Below are positions 14,387-28,031 of a stretch of 64,000 bases of DNA, one piece after another. Each line of letters opens with the position of its first letter. The stretch's first letter is position 1. Location: positions 10,168,001 through 10,232,000 of the forward strand of contig OZ038378.1 in assembly GCA_964036045.1 (NCBI GenBank), in the 5' to 3' direction. This DNA is from Eutreptiella sp. 'Long Island Sound 2002' (lineage: Eukaryota > Protista > Euglenida). Position numbers and translations under genes: made by a program. The notes beneath the pieces are model-generated. The model saw nothing but the letters and a program-made list of their open reading frames with translations. It searched no databases and had not been told where the DNA came from.

Positions 14387-14676
14387 GCCCTGGCGTTGTT
14401 CCAGCAGCTGGGTGCGAATCCATCACAGCATCGCAATCCGCTGGTCCTCCGCAAGTTCAGTTATTTCCTGAGAACTACCGTTATGGACACTGAAGCTGCG
14501 GATGCCCTTGAGGCCGAGGCCGAGATCATTGAGGCAGAGCAGGTTGCGTTGACTGGCGGAAAGATTGCGCAGGGCAGCGCGGCTGGCAGCCGCAAGAGTG
14601 GCAGCTCTGGCGTGTCGGGCACCAGCGGGCAGTCAACGCACTTGGAGAGCGCAGCAGGAAAGTGGATGAGCAAGGG
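14387..14676 (+). CDS. Cyclase gene exon 5: TPR-like domain end plus Ser/Gly-rich spacer
   Basis: ALALFQQL...PLVLRKFSYFLRTTVMDTEAA. Acceptor tactcag|GCC, donor GG|GTGTGT (phase 2). An alternative phase-2 GT at 14662 is possible. Confidence 0.75.
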
Positions 14677-14780
14677 GTGTGTTGGTGTTGCGCTGCATTG
14701 TGTTGTGTTGCGCCGATCTCAGCTGAGCCGTGCTGTGCTGTCATGCTGCGCTGCAATTGCATCGAGTCTGTTTGGATTTG

Positions 14781-14811
<31 letters not shown>

Positions 14812-15032
14812 TCCATTGCATGATAACATACATTTTTTGCGTTTGCGCATCCATCCCCCCCCTTTTCTGCACCAAAAACACTATTTGGCATGGGGGTCAA
14901 GTCACATAGTGTTTGGGTGGGGATGTGCTGCACGTATGTACGCGGGGTTGGGGGACCCACTGCAGAACCCAAAATTGACTTGGCAGGTTAGGGTTCCCCG
15001 ATCCGGACCACATGAAATGCTGAACTCCCCCC

Positions 15033-15234
<202 letters not shown>

Positions 15235-15367
15235 CCCATCCTGGAGGTTATTGCACCCTTTCTGCGGCAGGTTTCTGCGCCGCACCTCGGTACCGCACCA
15301 CGCCGCATGGTACCATGTCGTGTTGTGTGTGATTCAGCAGTGACACGTCCCTTGCTTTTGTTGCCAG

Positions 15368-15695
15368 GGCAAACACCACCAACGAGTCTACGAGCAAGGC
15401 GAAGCACTGGCTCTCCACCTGCCTGAAGGCGGTTTTCGGGATGCTGTGCCTCCTGTTGTCCCTCTCGGCCAGTCTCTTCATCTACTTCACCATTGGAGTG
15501 GAGGAGCACATGCATCAGATCGCTGCTGCTGCCGCCGTGCGCACCGAGAGTGCGAGGGCCGCCGCTCTCGTCATGGCCTCGCAAACCCCACATTTGGACG
15601 TCTGCGGGCTGGACCTGCCTGGTAATGTGTCCCAGTCGGCGGACGGCATGGAGTTGCACCACCGCTCTATCACATCCGGCGATTTAGTCATGAAG
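15368..15695 (+). CDS. Cyclase gene exon 6: TM helix and start of ectodomain 1
   Basis: Acceptor cttttgttgccag|G (phase 2); AVFGMLCLLLSLSASLFIYF. Donor AAG|GTACCT. Confidence 0.8.
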
Positions 15696-16768
15696 GTACC
15701 TCCCTTGCTGCCTTTCTCATACGGACCCTGCCCTGCACGACCGTTTGAAATCACAGGCTCCTTTTCATATTTTTATTTTTTAAGTGTCTTTTTTTTTTTT
15801 GCTGTCTTTAAGCGTCTGTTTTGTGATTTCGTATCAACCACACAGGTGCCCATGCCACTACATCTACAACCAAAGCGCACTAAAACTGCGTCAGCCATCT
15901 AGTAAAATTCAGTGAAATTGGGTAACACTCAGTGAAATTGAGTAAAAACTGAGTGAGAAAATGTTTCAATCGGTTGAACACAAATTTTGACTTGAAACTG
16001 AGCAGAACTTGTGTTTTTGATGTGTGCTGAAAAACGTTTTTTGCGCACAAATTGTTGTGTTCTGTTACTGCAGCACAAATTGGGGGGTTGGGAGGGAGCA
16101 CAACAGAACCTGCGTGCCACCCATGGTGGGTGGTATTTTGTTCAAGGGCATAGTTCCCCAAAGTCATTTCCCGACCACTCTATACAATGATGCCACCCAG
16201 GCGAAACCATCACGCACATTTTAATACCCGCTTCCGTGAAATAGGACCGCGAAAATCTCCCCAAAATCCACATGAATTCTTACCCTTGCAGGAGTAGTGG
16301 TAGTTGAGGTGCTTCACCCCATTTTGGTGTACTTGCGTTTGCAAATATGTTTGCACTTGTCGTTTTTGTATTTCTTTTTTTGTTTGTGTTTTCATTTTCA
16401 TTTGCAGTTGCATTTGCATTGGTGTCTGTGATTGCATTTGTGAAAGTGTTTGTGTCTGTACACGCACCTGGCATTTGTATTTGCATGGATGCTTGTGTTT
16501 TTTTTGGTAATTTTTGTTTGTATTTGCGCCAACGTTCATGGTATGGTAGGACGCTCAGCTGCCAATGCTGGGTGCCAGTGTTGAACCCCGGGTGAGGAAG
16601 CACCTGGTTCCAGTCGTGGAAGCGTTGAATAGACAATGCGGATTCAGGGTCGCCCATTCGAGCCCTGCCTCATGGAACAATTATATGGCCCCAGATTCTG
16701 TGCGTCCGTTCTCGATCCTCTGACCCTGTGTGACTGGGCTTGAGCCGTCCGTTCTGTTTTCGACCCAG

Positions 16769-17407
16769 GGCGAGATGCTGGATTACTTCCGCACGCCGCG
16801 CGTGCCCATTAAGACGCCCCTAGCCGGCGCTGCGACCGTCACAGAGATCCTCCCGCTGTGGGAGGTGCCGTTCCAGTTGGCGGAGCGCGTGCGGGGCTCC
16901 AGCGTGGTCCTTAGCGAGACCTGGCACCCCTACACTCTCACCGCTACCGAGGCCGCCGGCGGCACCGGTGGCAGCAGCGGCCATGCAAAGCGCATGCGAC
17001 GCACGCACGCCAAGTTCGCGCCCCTCGCAGGCGGTTCCGGCAACGGCACGGCGATTCCGGTGGAATACGTCTTAGTCAATGCCCCTCAGACCGTGGCCCA
17101 TGTTTTGAACGTGTCGGTCGGGCTATTGGTATCGGACACGGACCAGATCATCGCGTCACACACGCTGATACAGTGCATTCTGGCAGGGGCCGCCGTGGTG
17201 CTGGTGCTGGGGGTGTTCCTGCTCTACAACTGGAGCTTCCGGCGCGTGAACATCGAGAAAGCCATCGCCCTGCACCTGTTCACCACCATCCCCTTCGGGA
17301 TGTTGGAGGAGCTGCTCGCCAACGCCGAGAAGACGCTGAAGAAGTTCGACAAGCCGGACGGCGAAGGTCAGCCCGACGAGCGATTGAAGCTGGCGGCGGC
17401 CCTGCAG
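16769..17407 (+). CDS. Cyclase gene exon 7: ectodomain 1 end, TM helix, IALHLFTTIP motif
   Basis: Acceptor ttttcgacccag|GGC, donor CAG|GTCGTG. GC3-rich codon usage. Confidence 0.8.
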
Positions 17408-17469
17408 GTCGTGGGGGTCCCATCAGGCGCTGTTGCAGTGGATTACTGTTGGGGGTGTTGTCTGATCTG

Positions 17470-17612
17470 CTTATGATTCCCTATTTTCCCCCATTTCCCC
17501 CAGTGTTTCCCCCCATTCTCCCTCGTTCCCCCCCATTTTCCCCATTTCCCCCATTTTTCCAGGCTCCAAAATCCGGGTTTGGTGAGTTGGTGAGTTCTTG
17601 GCGGAAGTTTTG
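17470..17612. repeat. Dispersed repeat copy (intron 7), shared with ~11470-11580
   Basis: Same core sequence as the intron 3 copy, same orientation. Confidence 0.8.
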
Positions 17613-18126
17613 TCACAGGGGACCACATTGCGGACCGCGTGCAGCACAACACAGACACAAGCCACGCATACCACAGGCCCCACACAGCGCAGGCCATACG
17701 CAGCACACGCCTCGTACCGCAGCGGGTCACACACAACCCCATGCAGAGTGCACGCGACACACTGCGTAGGCCACACGTAGCACAAGCCACACACACATCG
17801 GCCCCCCAAAAAGGAGACGTGCATTGCAGCCCGCAGCACCGGGTACATACATAGGCACTGACCCACAGGCGACGCACAGAGCACACGCCCTTCCACAACA
17901 AACCCCATGCCACATGCAACACAATACACACAGCATACGCCTCCCGCAGCACAGGCCACACGCAGCACAGGCCACGCATGCACAGTTGACAATTGTGGCC
18001 AGAGATCCAAAGCATCCATCACAGGCTTCTTTCAGGCTGTGTGCCGTTGCTGGCTTGACTTTGTCCCCTGTCCACAACGGTTTTATCGTAGAAGCGGGGG
18101 GGGGGTCGGTCGCAAATCTAACAGGA

Positions 18127-18925
18127 CATGCCACGACACGACAAGGCAAGGCATGGCCTGATATTACACGACGCAACGCAACCATCACCCGACCCGACCT
18201 GACACAGGCCCGGCACTACACGCTACGACACGATAGGAGACAGCACAGCAAGAGACGGCACGAACAACGCGACACGACACAACACGACACAGCATAACAA
18301 CACAACAAGACACAACGGGAAATGAGATGAGACATAACATGACATGACATGCCATGACATGAAATGACATGACATGACATGACGTGACGTGACGTGACGT
18401 GACGTGACGCAATACGATGTGGACGTGAAGGGACATTGTATGATCTGAGATAACATGACATGACGTCACATGATGCGACCGTATGATGCATCATGTGACG
18501 TCATATGATGCAATATCATGTGATGTCGTGCAATGTCATATTAGATGATGCCATGCCACGTCCATGTTGTCCACGTCATGTCACGTCACGTCACGTCACG
18601 TCACGTCACGTCACGTCACGTCACGTCACGTCACGTCACGTCACGTCACGTCACGTCACGTCACGTCACGTCACGTCCTGTCATGTCACGTCGTTTCATG
18701 TCGTGTCATGTCATGTCATGTCATGTCATGTCATGTCATGTCATGTCATGTCATGTCATGTCATGTCATGTCACGACATTCTCAAGACATGAAACGCCAT
18801 GAAATGGCATGGCATGACATGCCATTACGCGACCTGACCTGACAAAATGTGACATGACACGAGACAACACTGCATGACATGCATGCCTCGGTATGGCATG
18901 GCATGGCGTGGCATGGCATGGCACA
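18127..18925. repeat. Pentamer-period satellite (ATGAC/GTGAC and its reverse complement GTCAC/GTCAT) in intron 7
   Basis: (ATGAC)n(GTGAC)n at 18338-18409, (GTCAC)n(GTCAT)n at 18574-18775, with degenerate 5-mer periodicity on both flanks. Confidence 0.92.
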
Positions 18926-19009
18926 GGAGACAGTGGTGTGGCAGGCGCAAGGTGTGTGGTGTGGCTCGGTTTGGCCTTGCCGAAGGTAAACTGGCCCCCT
19001 TCCCTGCAG

Positions 19010-19102
19010 GATGCCGAGAAGTCCGAGGAAGGCAAATTTCAGGGCCAGATTTCGGAGATGACCGAGGGAGACGAGGCCGCCGCGGCGGATTCTGAAACGC
19101 AG
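19010..19102 (+). CDS. Cyclase gene exon 8: short acidic linker
   Basis: Acceptor cccttccctgcag|GAT; DAEKSEEGKF...SETQ. Donor CAG|GTGTCT. Confidence 0.7.
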
Positions 19103-20197
19103 GTGTCTGGATGTTGCCCGTGTCTTTGTGGTTCCATGACGGGTTGACATAGCGGACCCTTTGGCGAGTTGGCCGCGCGCTTTGGGTGCCCTTCGCTGTT
19201 TTGTATTCACATCCCGTGCCCTTCAATCACCGTCCGGGGCCCCGACATCCCCCGTCCCCATGCAATGCCATTCCATCGCCTGCGCGCATGCCCCCGCCTG
19301 CCACATACACGGACACTGCGTCACGCACGTTGGAGCGCTTGACTGTCAACAGCGGCTGATACCCCATTTGGCAACCCCAAACGCGTTGGACATGTCTCCA
19401 GCGTCTACAGACTGTGGGCGGGTAAACGCGATAGCTCAGTCGTCTCCGGACGGTGTGCGGGCACGCGTGTATGTGCGCAGTGTCTGCAGCTCAACCCATG
19501 CTTTTGGTATCGGCGATGGTCGGCAGAGCTGCGTGTGCGGTGCTCTGGAGGGTGTTTGTGCTGCAGGCCCTTGGTCGGCTCTGGCGGTGAGGCCGTGCAT
19601 GCGACGACCAAATGGTCTGTGGAAGGTACCAGTGGAGAGTGCGTCACTGGGTGAGTGGATGATGTTGGGGGCAGCACAGTCTGCACAAAGTACTCGATGG
19701 GCTCACTGCTAAAGGGCTCTAAGGTGGCTGGACCCTGCGTGGGCAATGAATGTGGCCCTGCCGCCAGTGGGCCGTTCATGGGTGTTTGCACAGAGGCCCT
19801 CTTCCGTGTCTGCCAAAAGCGCTGTTGGGCGGCTTCTCCAGTACGATGGCGAATGGCTTGAAGGCGGCAGTGCTTTGATGGGTGCACGGTACGGGGGCCG
19901 ATCCCTTTGGGAAAAGCAAAGGTATTCTGATGTGGGTGGGTGAGTGGGTGAGTCGACCGGCGTCCGGCAGTGCCCCAACATGACCCCCTCCCCCCCGCGC
20001 CAGTGGCTCAGGTCGCAACCTGGTTGTCTTTGAGTGGCCGGATACGCAGATGTGCAGTAAACAGTTAGGGAGATGCCTGCAGCTCTTGGGCAGAGGGTGT
20101 ACGCCAGCCCCCCACCTCCGCTAAACTTGCCAACATTTGATGACAGAAGGGTGTGCCCTGAGCCCTTTCGCCCGAGCCACGTCTGTGGTTGCTTCAG

Positions 20198-20542
20198 GCC
20201 CTTGGGGGCGAGAGGGACGTCGAGAACACTAGACTGCCCCTCGTGATGTTGATCAGCACTTTGGTGCTGCAATTTTTGCTTTCCATCGCCGCCGTCCTCG
20301 TCATTTACATGATCATGACCACGCAGCACAGCATCCCCGAGGCCCTGTACAATCGCGAGGAGGCCCGCTTTCTCGCGGAGCTGACCATTGAAAATTCCAA
20401 CTACTTGACCTCGGAGGTTCGCAACTTCGCGCAGTTCGCGGACCGGTCGCACTATGACAAGTATTGGGAGCTCGTGCACTCGGGGCGCATCGACTCCCCA
20501 TTGGAAAGGCTTGTGGAGCTCGGAGTCACGAAAGCAGAGCAG
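20198..20542 (+). CDS. Cyclase gene exon 9: TM helix and start of sensor-like repeat A
   Basis: Acceptor gcttcag|GCC; NSNYLTSEVRNFAQFADRSHYDKYWELV. Donor CAG|GTGCCC. Confidence 0.85.
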
Positions 20543-21664
20543 GTGCCCGGCCCACGCCCCTGACCCTCGCTGCGGACCCCGTGCACGTGCACACCACACG
20601 CCACACCCATGCCCCTCACTCATACCACTGACAGGCGCCCTGCACCCATTGCCCTCGCTCAAGCCCTGCCCCTGACCAGAGGACCCACTAGTGCCGTTCC
20701 TCAAGCTGTTTTACACTGTTCCAAGGCTATTCCTCAAGTTTCTTGCGTCGTTCCTCCGCCGTACGTCCTCCCCACTGAGCTATCTGGCCCCATGTGATGT
20801 GTTTGTCGGTGTGTTTTGTGCCATTGTGCCCTGCCCTGTGTTCGCAGTGTCCCCAGGGCCCGCACACAGTCTGCCCGCTCTGCTGCTCATGATGCTCATG
20901 ATCATTCATCTGAGGACAAGCAAGGACCCAATCTGTTTTGCCTCCGGACCGTCCTTCTCTAGGCTGGTGGTTGACCGCCTGCAGGCAGCGCCCTTCCTCC
21001 GTTGCCTTGCACTGTTCCTACACCGTTCATCAAGCTTCTTGCAGCGTTCTTGCACTGTTCCCCCCAACCGTGGCACCGAACACAGACGCGTCAGATGATG
21101 TACATATGTTTTTCAAGATGGCAAAGGCCCCTACGGCCCAGCACCCCAGCCAAACTATTTCGTCAGCGAAGAAAGGCCTGGTGAAACCATTTTACAATCG
21201 TATGCCACACAGGGGAGGTCCTGAGATGGGTTATGTGCGAACCTGGAGGGATCACCCAAACCCCACCATTGGGCACCTAACATACAACTGGTAGCTCAGT
21301 GATGACACTAGGCACCAAGTCCTGGGTCCGAACCAGACCGATGAAGCTGTTGGTAAAAAGGTAACCTCCGTGTGAAAGTGTGCTGCAGGGAAGGTAAGCA
21401 CAAGGATTGCTGCGACGGCGTCCGTTGCTCCGCAATATGCAGCCACTGCTGGCGGCCAGCCCAACTGCTGCTGGCAGTTGGGTTGCCAACCGCCAGCAAT
21501 TAAGTTTTGTTCATTCAGCACCAGCCGCTGCTATTGTAGGCTAGGAATGACTGAATGTGACTCTTGCCAGCGCTTCTAAGGGAGTGGCGCCATGGGGGTT
21601 AGAACACTGCAAGTGTGAGCACGGGGATGAAGCAGTCGCCTCACCAAAGCTCCTGTATACGCAG

Positions 21665-22018
21665 GAGCAGATCACAATCGCCAACGACGAGGAACACCAT
21701 GTAATCCTCCTCGAGGAGATCTCTATGGCAATGACAGTGCATGCCCACGGGCTGAATGTTGCTGATTTCCCGGAAATCCAGGGGTACGAATGGGACGTCA
21801 AGCAAGAGCTTGACACCTTCGACTGGACCGATAAGTATGACAACGGCCTGCACTACACCAACCGTTCCCACGACCTGTCGTTGCCAAAAGACCAGCTGCA
21901 GCGCATCGCCCGCAGCGTTGTCTTCGACGCACGATATGAGGAGCTCAAGAGAAGTGTGCACACACCTGCGTTCAAATTCCAAGATCTGCTCGTCGAGCGC
22001 ACGCAGGAGGTGGTGCAG
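21665..22018 (+). CDS. Cyclase gene exon 10: rest of sensor-like repeat A
   Basis: Acceptor tatacgcag|GAG; ARSVVFDARYEELK. Donor CAG|GTGTCC. Confidence 0.8.
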
Positions 22019-23652
22019 GTGTCCACATCCTATGCCCTTCCATCACCTCTGCACATCTTGTGTCCCTATAGCACCGGTGCACAAGATATGCTCTTGCATC
22101 AACTCTCCTCACTACTTTCGTGCACGCCATGCCCTTGCATCGCATCTTATCCCCCCTGTATCAACTCTCCATCTGCAGTGCCCTTACACCACCAGGGCAT
22201 CTCTGATTGCCCCTGCAACAGCTGTGCATCTGCAATGCCCTCGTATGACCTGTACTACGTCACCACACGCTTTTGCCATGTCCCGACATCACCTGCACCC
22301 ACTGTGCCTTGTTCAGCTCTCCATCTCCTTGCAAGAGCTGTGCACATCTTCCTACATCACCTGTGCACGTTCTACGCCGCTGGATCATCTGTGCCTATGT
22401 TTTGCCGACATCGTGGTGCCAATGCAAGGGAAATGCGCAGCCGCAGCCGATGTAGGCATGGAGCATGATGTAGGCATGGGGCATCTCCACAGCCATATGA
22501 GAATGGCTGACAGCTGAAGGAGGAGGTGGGACTCCCCTTGGATCCCCCCCCCCCCCCCCGCGCGCCATCCTCCTCCTCAACCAGTGGATGATCTAGGAAA
22601 AAAAAGTTGTGGACACTAAACATTTGCTTCGTCTTATCATTTGGTTGCCTTCACCTTTGTGTGTTGTCTGTTTCGCCCACGATGTTTCTTTCATGTTGCA
22701 GGCCACACTACGGAGCATTTTCTTGTTGTGAAAAATTCACCTCTCACTGTCACCAACTGACCACTGTCACTGTCACCAACCTGAGGATCCCATCAGGGCT
22801 GTGCTGTATTTTTGCACTGTCTCTGCAAAGCGACATCAGCAGCTTTTAAATGCGGCGCAGGCTGTTTCTTCCCTGCAAAAATTGCCCACATATCGCAGCC
22901 GAAGGGCTGGCTGCTGTGCCATTTTGCCACACACTTGACATGCGTTGAACAGGCGGCAAACTATTTTGCAGTGCTTCCTTGTGATACCTTTCTCCGGTAA
23001 GGAGGCCTGCAGGAACGCTTTTCACAAAAGGTTGATTCGGAAGCAACCGCGGGCCGTCCGACAGCAGCACCAGCAGCACCAGCACCAGCAGCTCTGATCT
23101 GAACTCTGATGACAGTTCAGATTCCAGCCCTGACCCGAAATCTAGCTCCAGTAGCCACTAAACCATGCAACCATGGCACACACTTCCGCACTGTGGGTGG
23201 ATTGTTGGTGCTGCACATTTACCTGAGGAGATTTGGTCTTTGTTGCACCCATAGGACGGTTTTGAGTGTAACTAATGGAAAAGCATAATTCTGTTGTGCT
23301 GTGGATTGACAACCACAGGAGAAGGGGGTGGTCAGCCCAACTCCCCCCCCCCCCCCTGGCCCCCCAACCGACCGACACCCCCCCCCCCCTGCCAAGGCCT
23401 TGTGCCAACCCCCCCCCCCCCCCCCGCTCTCTCCTAACACATCCATGTGCACAGCCCTTGTGGGGGGCACAACATGTGTGTACACTTAATCTGAGGGCCA
23501 GCATGCGCATAGTAACTGTATGGAGCATAGGATGTGCCCAACCGATGGGTTGTGCATTTGCACTCTGGATGTGGGGACATGGGATATGCACAGATGATGT
23601 AGGATGCCCACCTTACAAACCTTACGTCACCTATGTGAATTGTGTGCCCCAG

Positions 23653-23907
23653 GGAGCGGTGAAGCAGGTGACCATGTTCATCAACGTGGCTTTTGCGCTC
23701 TATGCCTCTGTTCTGCTTTGTATCTTCGTGGTGCTGTTTGCCACCAAGCGTCTGGGGCTGCTGCAAAAGTCAAGCTTCTTCATCCTTCTGGTGACTGCTG
23801 TGATGGTGATCACCGTACTGGCCTGCCTCGGCACCATCCTGCTGCTTCAGGATGAACGTTTGGTGCGGGCCTACCGGAAGGAGAACCTGCGCCAGCTTGG
23901 CAACCAG
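23653..23907 (+). CDS. Cyclase gene exon 11: TM hairpin between sensor repeats
   Basis: Acceptor gtgccccag|GGA; two hydrophobic helices. Donor CAG|GTACCA. Confidence 0.85.
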
Positions 23908-24978
23908 GTACCAGCAGCTCCGCATGGGTTGATGTGGCGGCTGGTGGGAGCAGACATTGGTCTCAGGGTCCCACTGGGTGCTGGGGGGCGGGGTGGGTCG
24001 GCTTAGGGCCCGTGGGTGGGCAGGTTGGTCGGACGGCCGACCGACCTCTTGGCTCCATTTTATTTCCCCTGGAGGAAGAGTTTTCTATTGTGGGTGGGTG
24101 CATGGGCGGGCCGACCCGGGACCAACAAGGGCCGCAAAAAAGCGCCCCCGGCCCCTAGTGGCTAAGCAATGATGTGGGTGGGGGTTATCTGGGGTTTCGT
24201 CTGGCTGTCGTTTTGGGACCATGTGGGGCCACCCGCTTCGCATGTGTGACGGCTGCCAGCTGTACGAGTCGTGCGGTGAGCCCTGAAACCTCTGCTAGTA
24301 AAGCCCCAGCTTGTGCGCCAGCCCAGCTGTGCTTGGGTGGTCCTCATTGGGCAGCTCCCCTCTGCACTTACAATCCCCTTTTCCTTCATTCCAATCCTGG
24401 TGGATCAGACAATGGGTGACTATTTAGGGGTTCATATCACGAGTCTCTGCGACACTTGGGTGTGCAGCGGGTGGGCATATGTGTGCAGATTGTGGCTTCT
24501 CTCTTCAATAGCACAAATACCTGAATTCCCTGGGGGTGCATCATTTATGTATGCTCAATAAAGGTTGGATCCCCTGGTGGCTGCCCAAGTAGCAGGCTCC
24601 ACCGCAGTTGTGCTAAACCAGTGGCGCTTGCAGAGTTCTTTAGGCGCTTTCTGCTGGAGCCTTGTGAGATCAAATTCACAGGCGAGTGCTGAGTTCCATG
24701 TCCGCTCTTGCAGCTTTTGCCTGTCACCACTCCTTGTCGTGCCCTAGGCGCTGCCTTGTCCTATCAGACTGTGCCTCATCCATTGTTTTGGTCCATTGGT
24801 CACCCTAGATCTCGCGGATTTCGTCTTGTTGCACTGCTTCCTGAGCACTGCTTCATCCAGTCGCACCCAGGCACTCACAGGCTCACGGACTGCTGTGTCC
24901 AATCACAAAGTGCCTCAGAAACATCACCCCTGCCCCTTCCTTGCTGCCTTGTGCGGTGCCCCTCACCCATGCAACCAG

Positions 24979-25328
24979 GTGCATGAGCAGCGCAGTGAGA
25001 TCCAGGGTGCTGTCCGCAAGTTCGTGCAGTTTGGGGACCCCCGGGCCTACCACCAATACTGGGAACTGGTCTCGCATGCCCAGCTAAACGTCCAGCAGCA
25101 GGGTGCACAACTGGGGCTGCAGCAGCAGCAGATCTCTGACATGCTCACCATTTTCGCACGGGACACCGCACTCGCGCAAACAGAGGAAATTGCGATGCAG
25201 CTGACGGTCTGGTCCTACGGATTGCCAGAGGACTCCTACCCGGAACTCGCCCATCTGCAATGGGACCGGCCGTCCAATTTCCATCGGCTGCAGCTACAGT
25301 TCCCCAACCGCCAGTATTGGCCCCTGAG
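24979..25328 (+). CDS. Cyclase gene exon 12: sensor-like repeat B, first part
   Basis: Acceptor gcaaccag|GTG; EIQGAVRKFVQFGDPRAYHQYWELV. Donor AG|GTGTCC (phase 2). Confidence 0.85.
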
Positions 25329-26799
25329 GTGTCCGCTGTGATTCAAATGTGTCGCTCCCCTTTCTTGGCACTCCCCCTCCGACTCAGTGCTTCGGGCCCG
25401 AGTGGCTCGACGGTCAGTGTGCTTGCGGTGTACTGCGGAACCCCTGGTTGCATTCCCATGGAGGAGCACTGGGTGTACAGTCGGCCGGGGGGCTTATGTG
25501 TTGGGCCAGCACCCCCCCCCCCCCCCCGAACCGCCAATCCGCACCAACGAACGATGGGGAACAACCCACTTTGGCACTAGCGGTGCCCGTAAATCACCTT
25601 GAAGAGGGTTGTTAGATCAAGGACAGGCGCGGGCGCCGTGTACCCCCCCTTTTTTGGGGTCGTTCGTTCCACATACCCCAGGTTGTGGTATCAGATGTCC
25701 AACCCCCTGTAAAACAATCATTTTTGGGCATAAAATGATCCCCCGATGAATTTTTGGATTTTGACTCCCCTAACCCCCCCCCCCCGTACCCGGGTGCCCC
25801 ATTTTTGGCCTTTTCCGGACTTTTCCTGTAATTTCCGTACTTACAAAAATCGTAATCTGTACCGTCCCTGCTTTTGTACATGGTGTTGCTGGCTATTTCT
25901 TTGGCTCACACACATTTTCATAATTGTTTGTTGATGTGCATGTTCAAAGTTTTCGAATCAGAAGTGCCCTTTGATGAAGCCGGCAGGCATGCTTCATTGA
26001 ATCTTGCAGCTGTGTTTTGCATGTATTTGTTCTGGACTGCAACCTCAGAGTTCAACCAACCCACAGTTGTTTGCATGTGTGTCATGGACTGCAACCCCAG
26101 GGCCCATAGGCCCCACAAAATCCTAGTCATGAACAGAAAAAGGGCACCCCCAACATCCATCCCCAGCGGCCCACCTCCTTGGCCCAGTGATGCAACTCTG
26201 CCCCCCCGCCCCCCCCCCCCCCCCGCCTCCCTGGCCTCTGGGCACAGTGACCAAAGGTCACTGAGCTGGGCTAAGTCTGGGCTTGACTTGACCATAGGCG
26301 CCAAAGGCGCACAAATTAAAGTTTTGTCCATGGCTGCAAGTCGCAATTGGGGTAGGGGTTCTGCAGCCTTTTCACTCATTCCCGGTCTGGGGACCCCATA
26401 CGGCACAGGTTATGCTGCCACTTTGTGTCCTCCCAGCTTTGGGGACCCCAATATGGCGGGGGTCGAGTAGCCAGTTCTGTTCCTCACTGCTTTGGTGTCC
26501 CCAATGCGATTGGGGTACGCAGCCATTTGCTGTGCTTACAAAAGAATTTTTGACGGCACATGGAAATTATGGGCTGACCAGCATACTTGCCCCAACTCAC
26601 ATCAGACTCCAACTTAGTTGAAAAAATGCATTTTGCCAAAAACCATTGCAATCTTTGCCCCCCCCGTTTTTAGGTGCTTTTGCAAGAAATTGCCCGCACA
26701 CACACAGCCCCAACCGTCAACAATTATCGAGACCCCCACGATCCTCCAACCACAAGCCACCAAAACCCTCCATAGCGCTTCATCCTTTGGCAGAACTGG

Positions 26800-27080
26800 A
26801 AGTGGTAGGGCAGTGGTGAGGGCAGAAGTGGACTACATGCTTCAATGGGAGGGTGCAGAAGTGGAAAGGGTGGAGGTTGGGGCCGAAAGTGATCTACAAC
26901 TCTTCAAAGCCTGCACCACACTGAATAAGCCCCCAAAATCCTTACTCCCCCCCGCCCTTTCCATTTGGACTTGGCGGCATTTGATGATACTTCTGTGTTC
27001 ACACGCCCAAAGTGACGGTTGCATGGGCAAAGAGCACTGTGTGGAGTGTGGAGTGGAATATGGGGCTTGGCAAATGTTTG
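26800..27080 (+). pseudogene. Possible decayed LINE C-terminal remnant in intron 12
   Basis: GRAVVRAEVDYMLQW and EHCVECG peptides resemble post-RT and zinc-finger segments. Weak evidence. Confidence 0.25.
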
Positions 27081-28031
27081 TTGTGAGCATTCTGCAGCAA
27101 GGGCAGCATGGCCCTAGGAATGCTACGGCTACCCTGATGCCAAATGTGCTTTCAGACCTCCTGCCAGGGGTGCTGCCATACCCTCTGAATGGGCACTGCC
27201 AAGCCTACAGCCAAACCTGGATGTAGCAGACCATGTGGAGCACAATCAACTCATTAATTTTAAGCAGGTGAGCCAAACAAAAAATGGCACGCAGAGCCTG
27301 TTCCTCGGTAGATCAGAACGCCTGAAAAGGTACCACTGGATGGTCATGTAATTGTTACTATCTCTTCCACACCACTAGAGGCTGTAACTGCAGTGGTGTA
27401 ACAGCAAGTAGTCTTGGTGCGTTGTATTGTACATGCCATCTGCAACCTGAGGGCAATACATGTCTCCATGCACGAGGTGGAACACTTGGATTCATGCAGT
27501 ATTTGTCACAGATTTTGGTCACGTTGACATTTGCCTTACTTCCATAATGGGGTCTAGTACTCGTCCGACTAATTCTGATGTGCATTGTTTGACCATTTGA
27601 AACACAATACAACCGCATACTGCAACATTCTTGTTCCATACAAAATGGTTCAGGTGAAAGCCCCCAGCTCCACCCCCCCCCCCCCCCTAGAAAAAACCCA
27701 AGGTATTTTCTACGGGGACTGCTGTCCAGAGGTGGTGGGAGGCTCACCACACACTGCAAACGTGAGAAATTTTTGCGTATGGCGATTTGAATTTTATTCT
27801 CGCAATTTGGGCTCAGGGGTGTGCCGTACTCCCATCACAGTTCCCATGACCTCATCGCTCCCCTTCCCTTTGGCCCTCCCATGCCCTTCTCGTTGCACAT
27901 TTCCTCCCGCTCTGCCTCCAACCTCTCACTCCACCTTCTACCACACCTTCTTCCTCATCCTTCATCTCCAATGTCCACTCCTCAATCCCCCACACCCCTC
28001 GTCCCCTTCCACACCCATCCCACCCCTGCAG

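Noticed and set aside
18185-18842. ORFs with HVTSR/CHVMS repeats
   Set aside because: Translations of the pentamer satellite.
19709-20704. 331-aa minus-strand ORF (and similar ones opposite exons 1, 14, 15 and 17)
   Set aside because: Antisense shadows of GC3-rich exons; no recognisable motifs.
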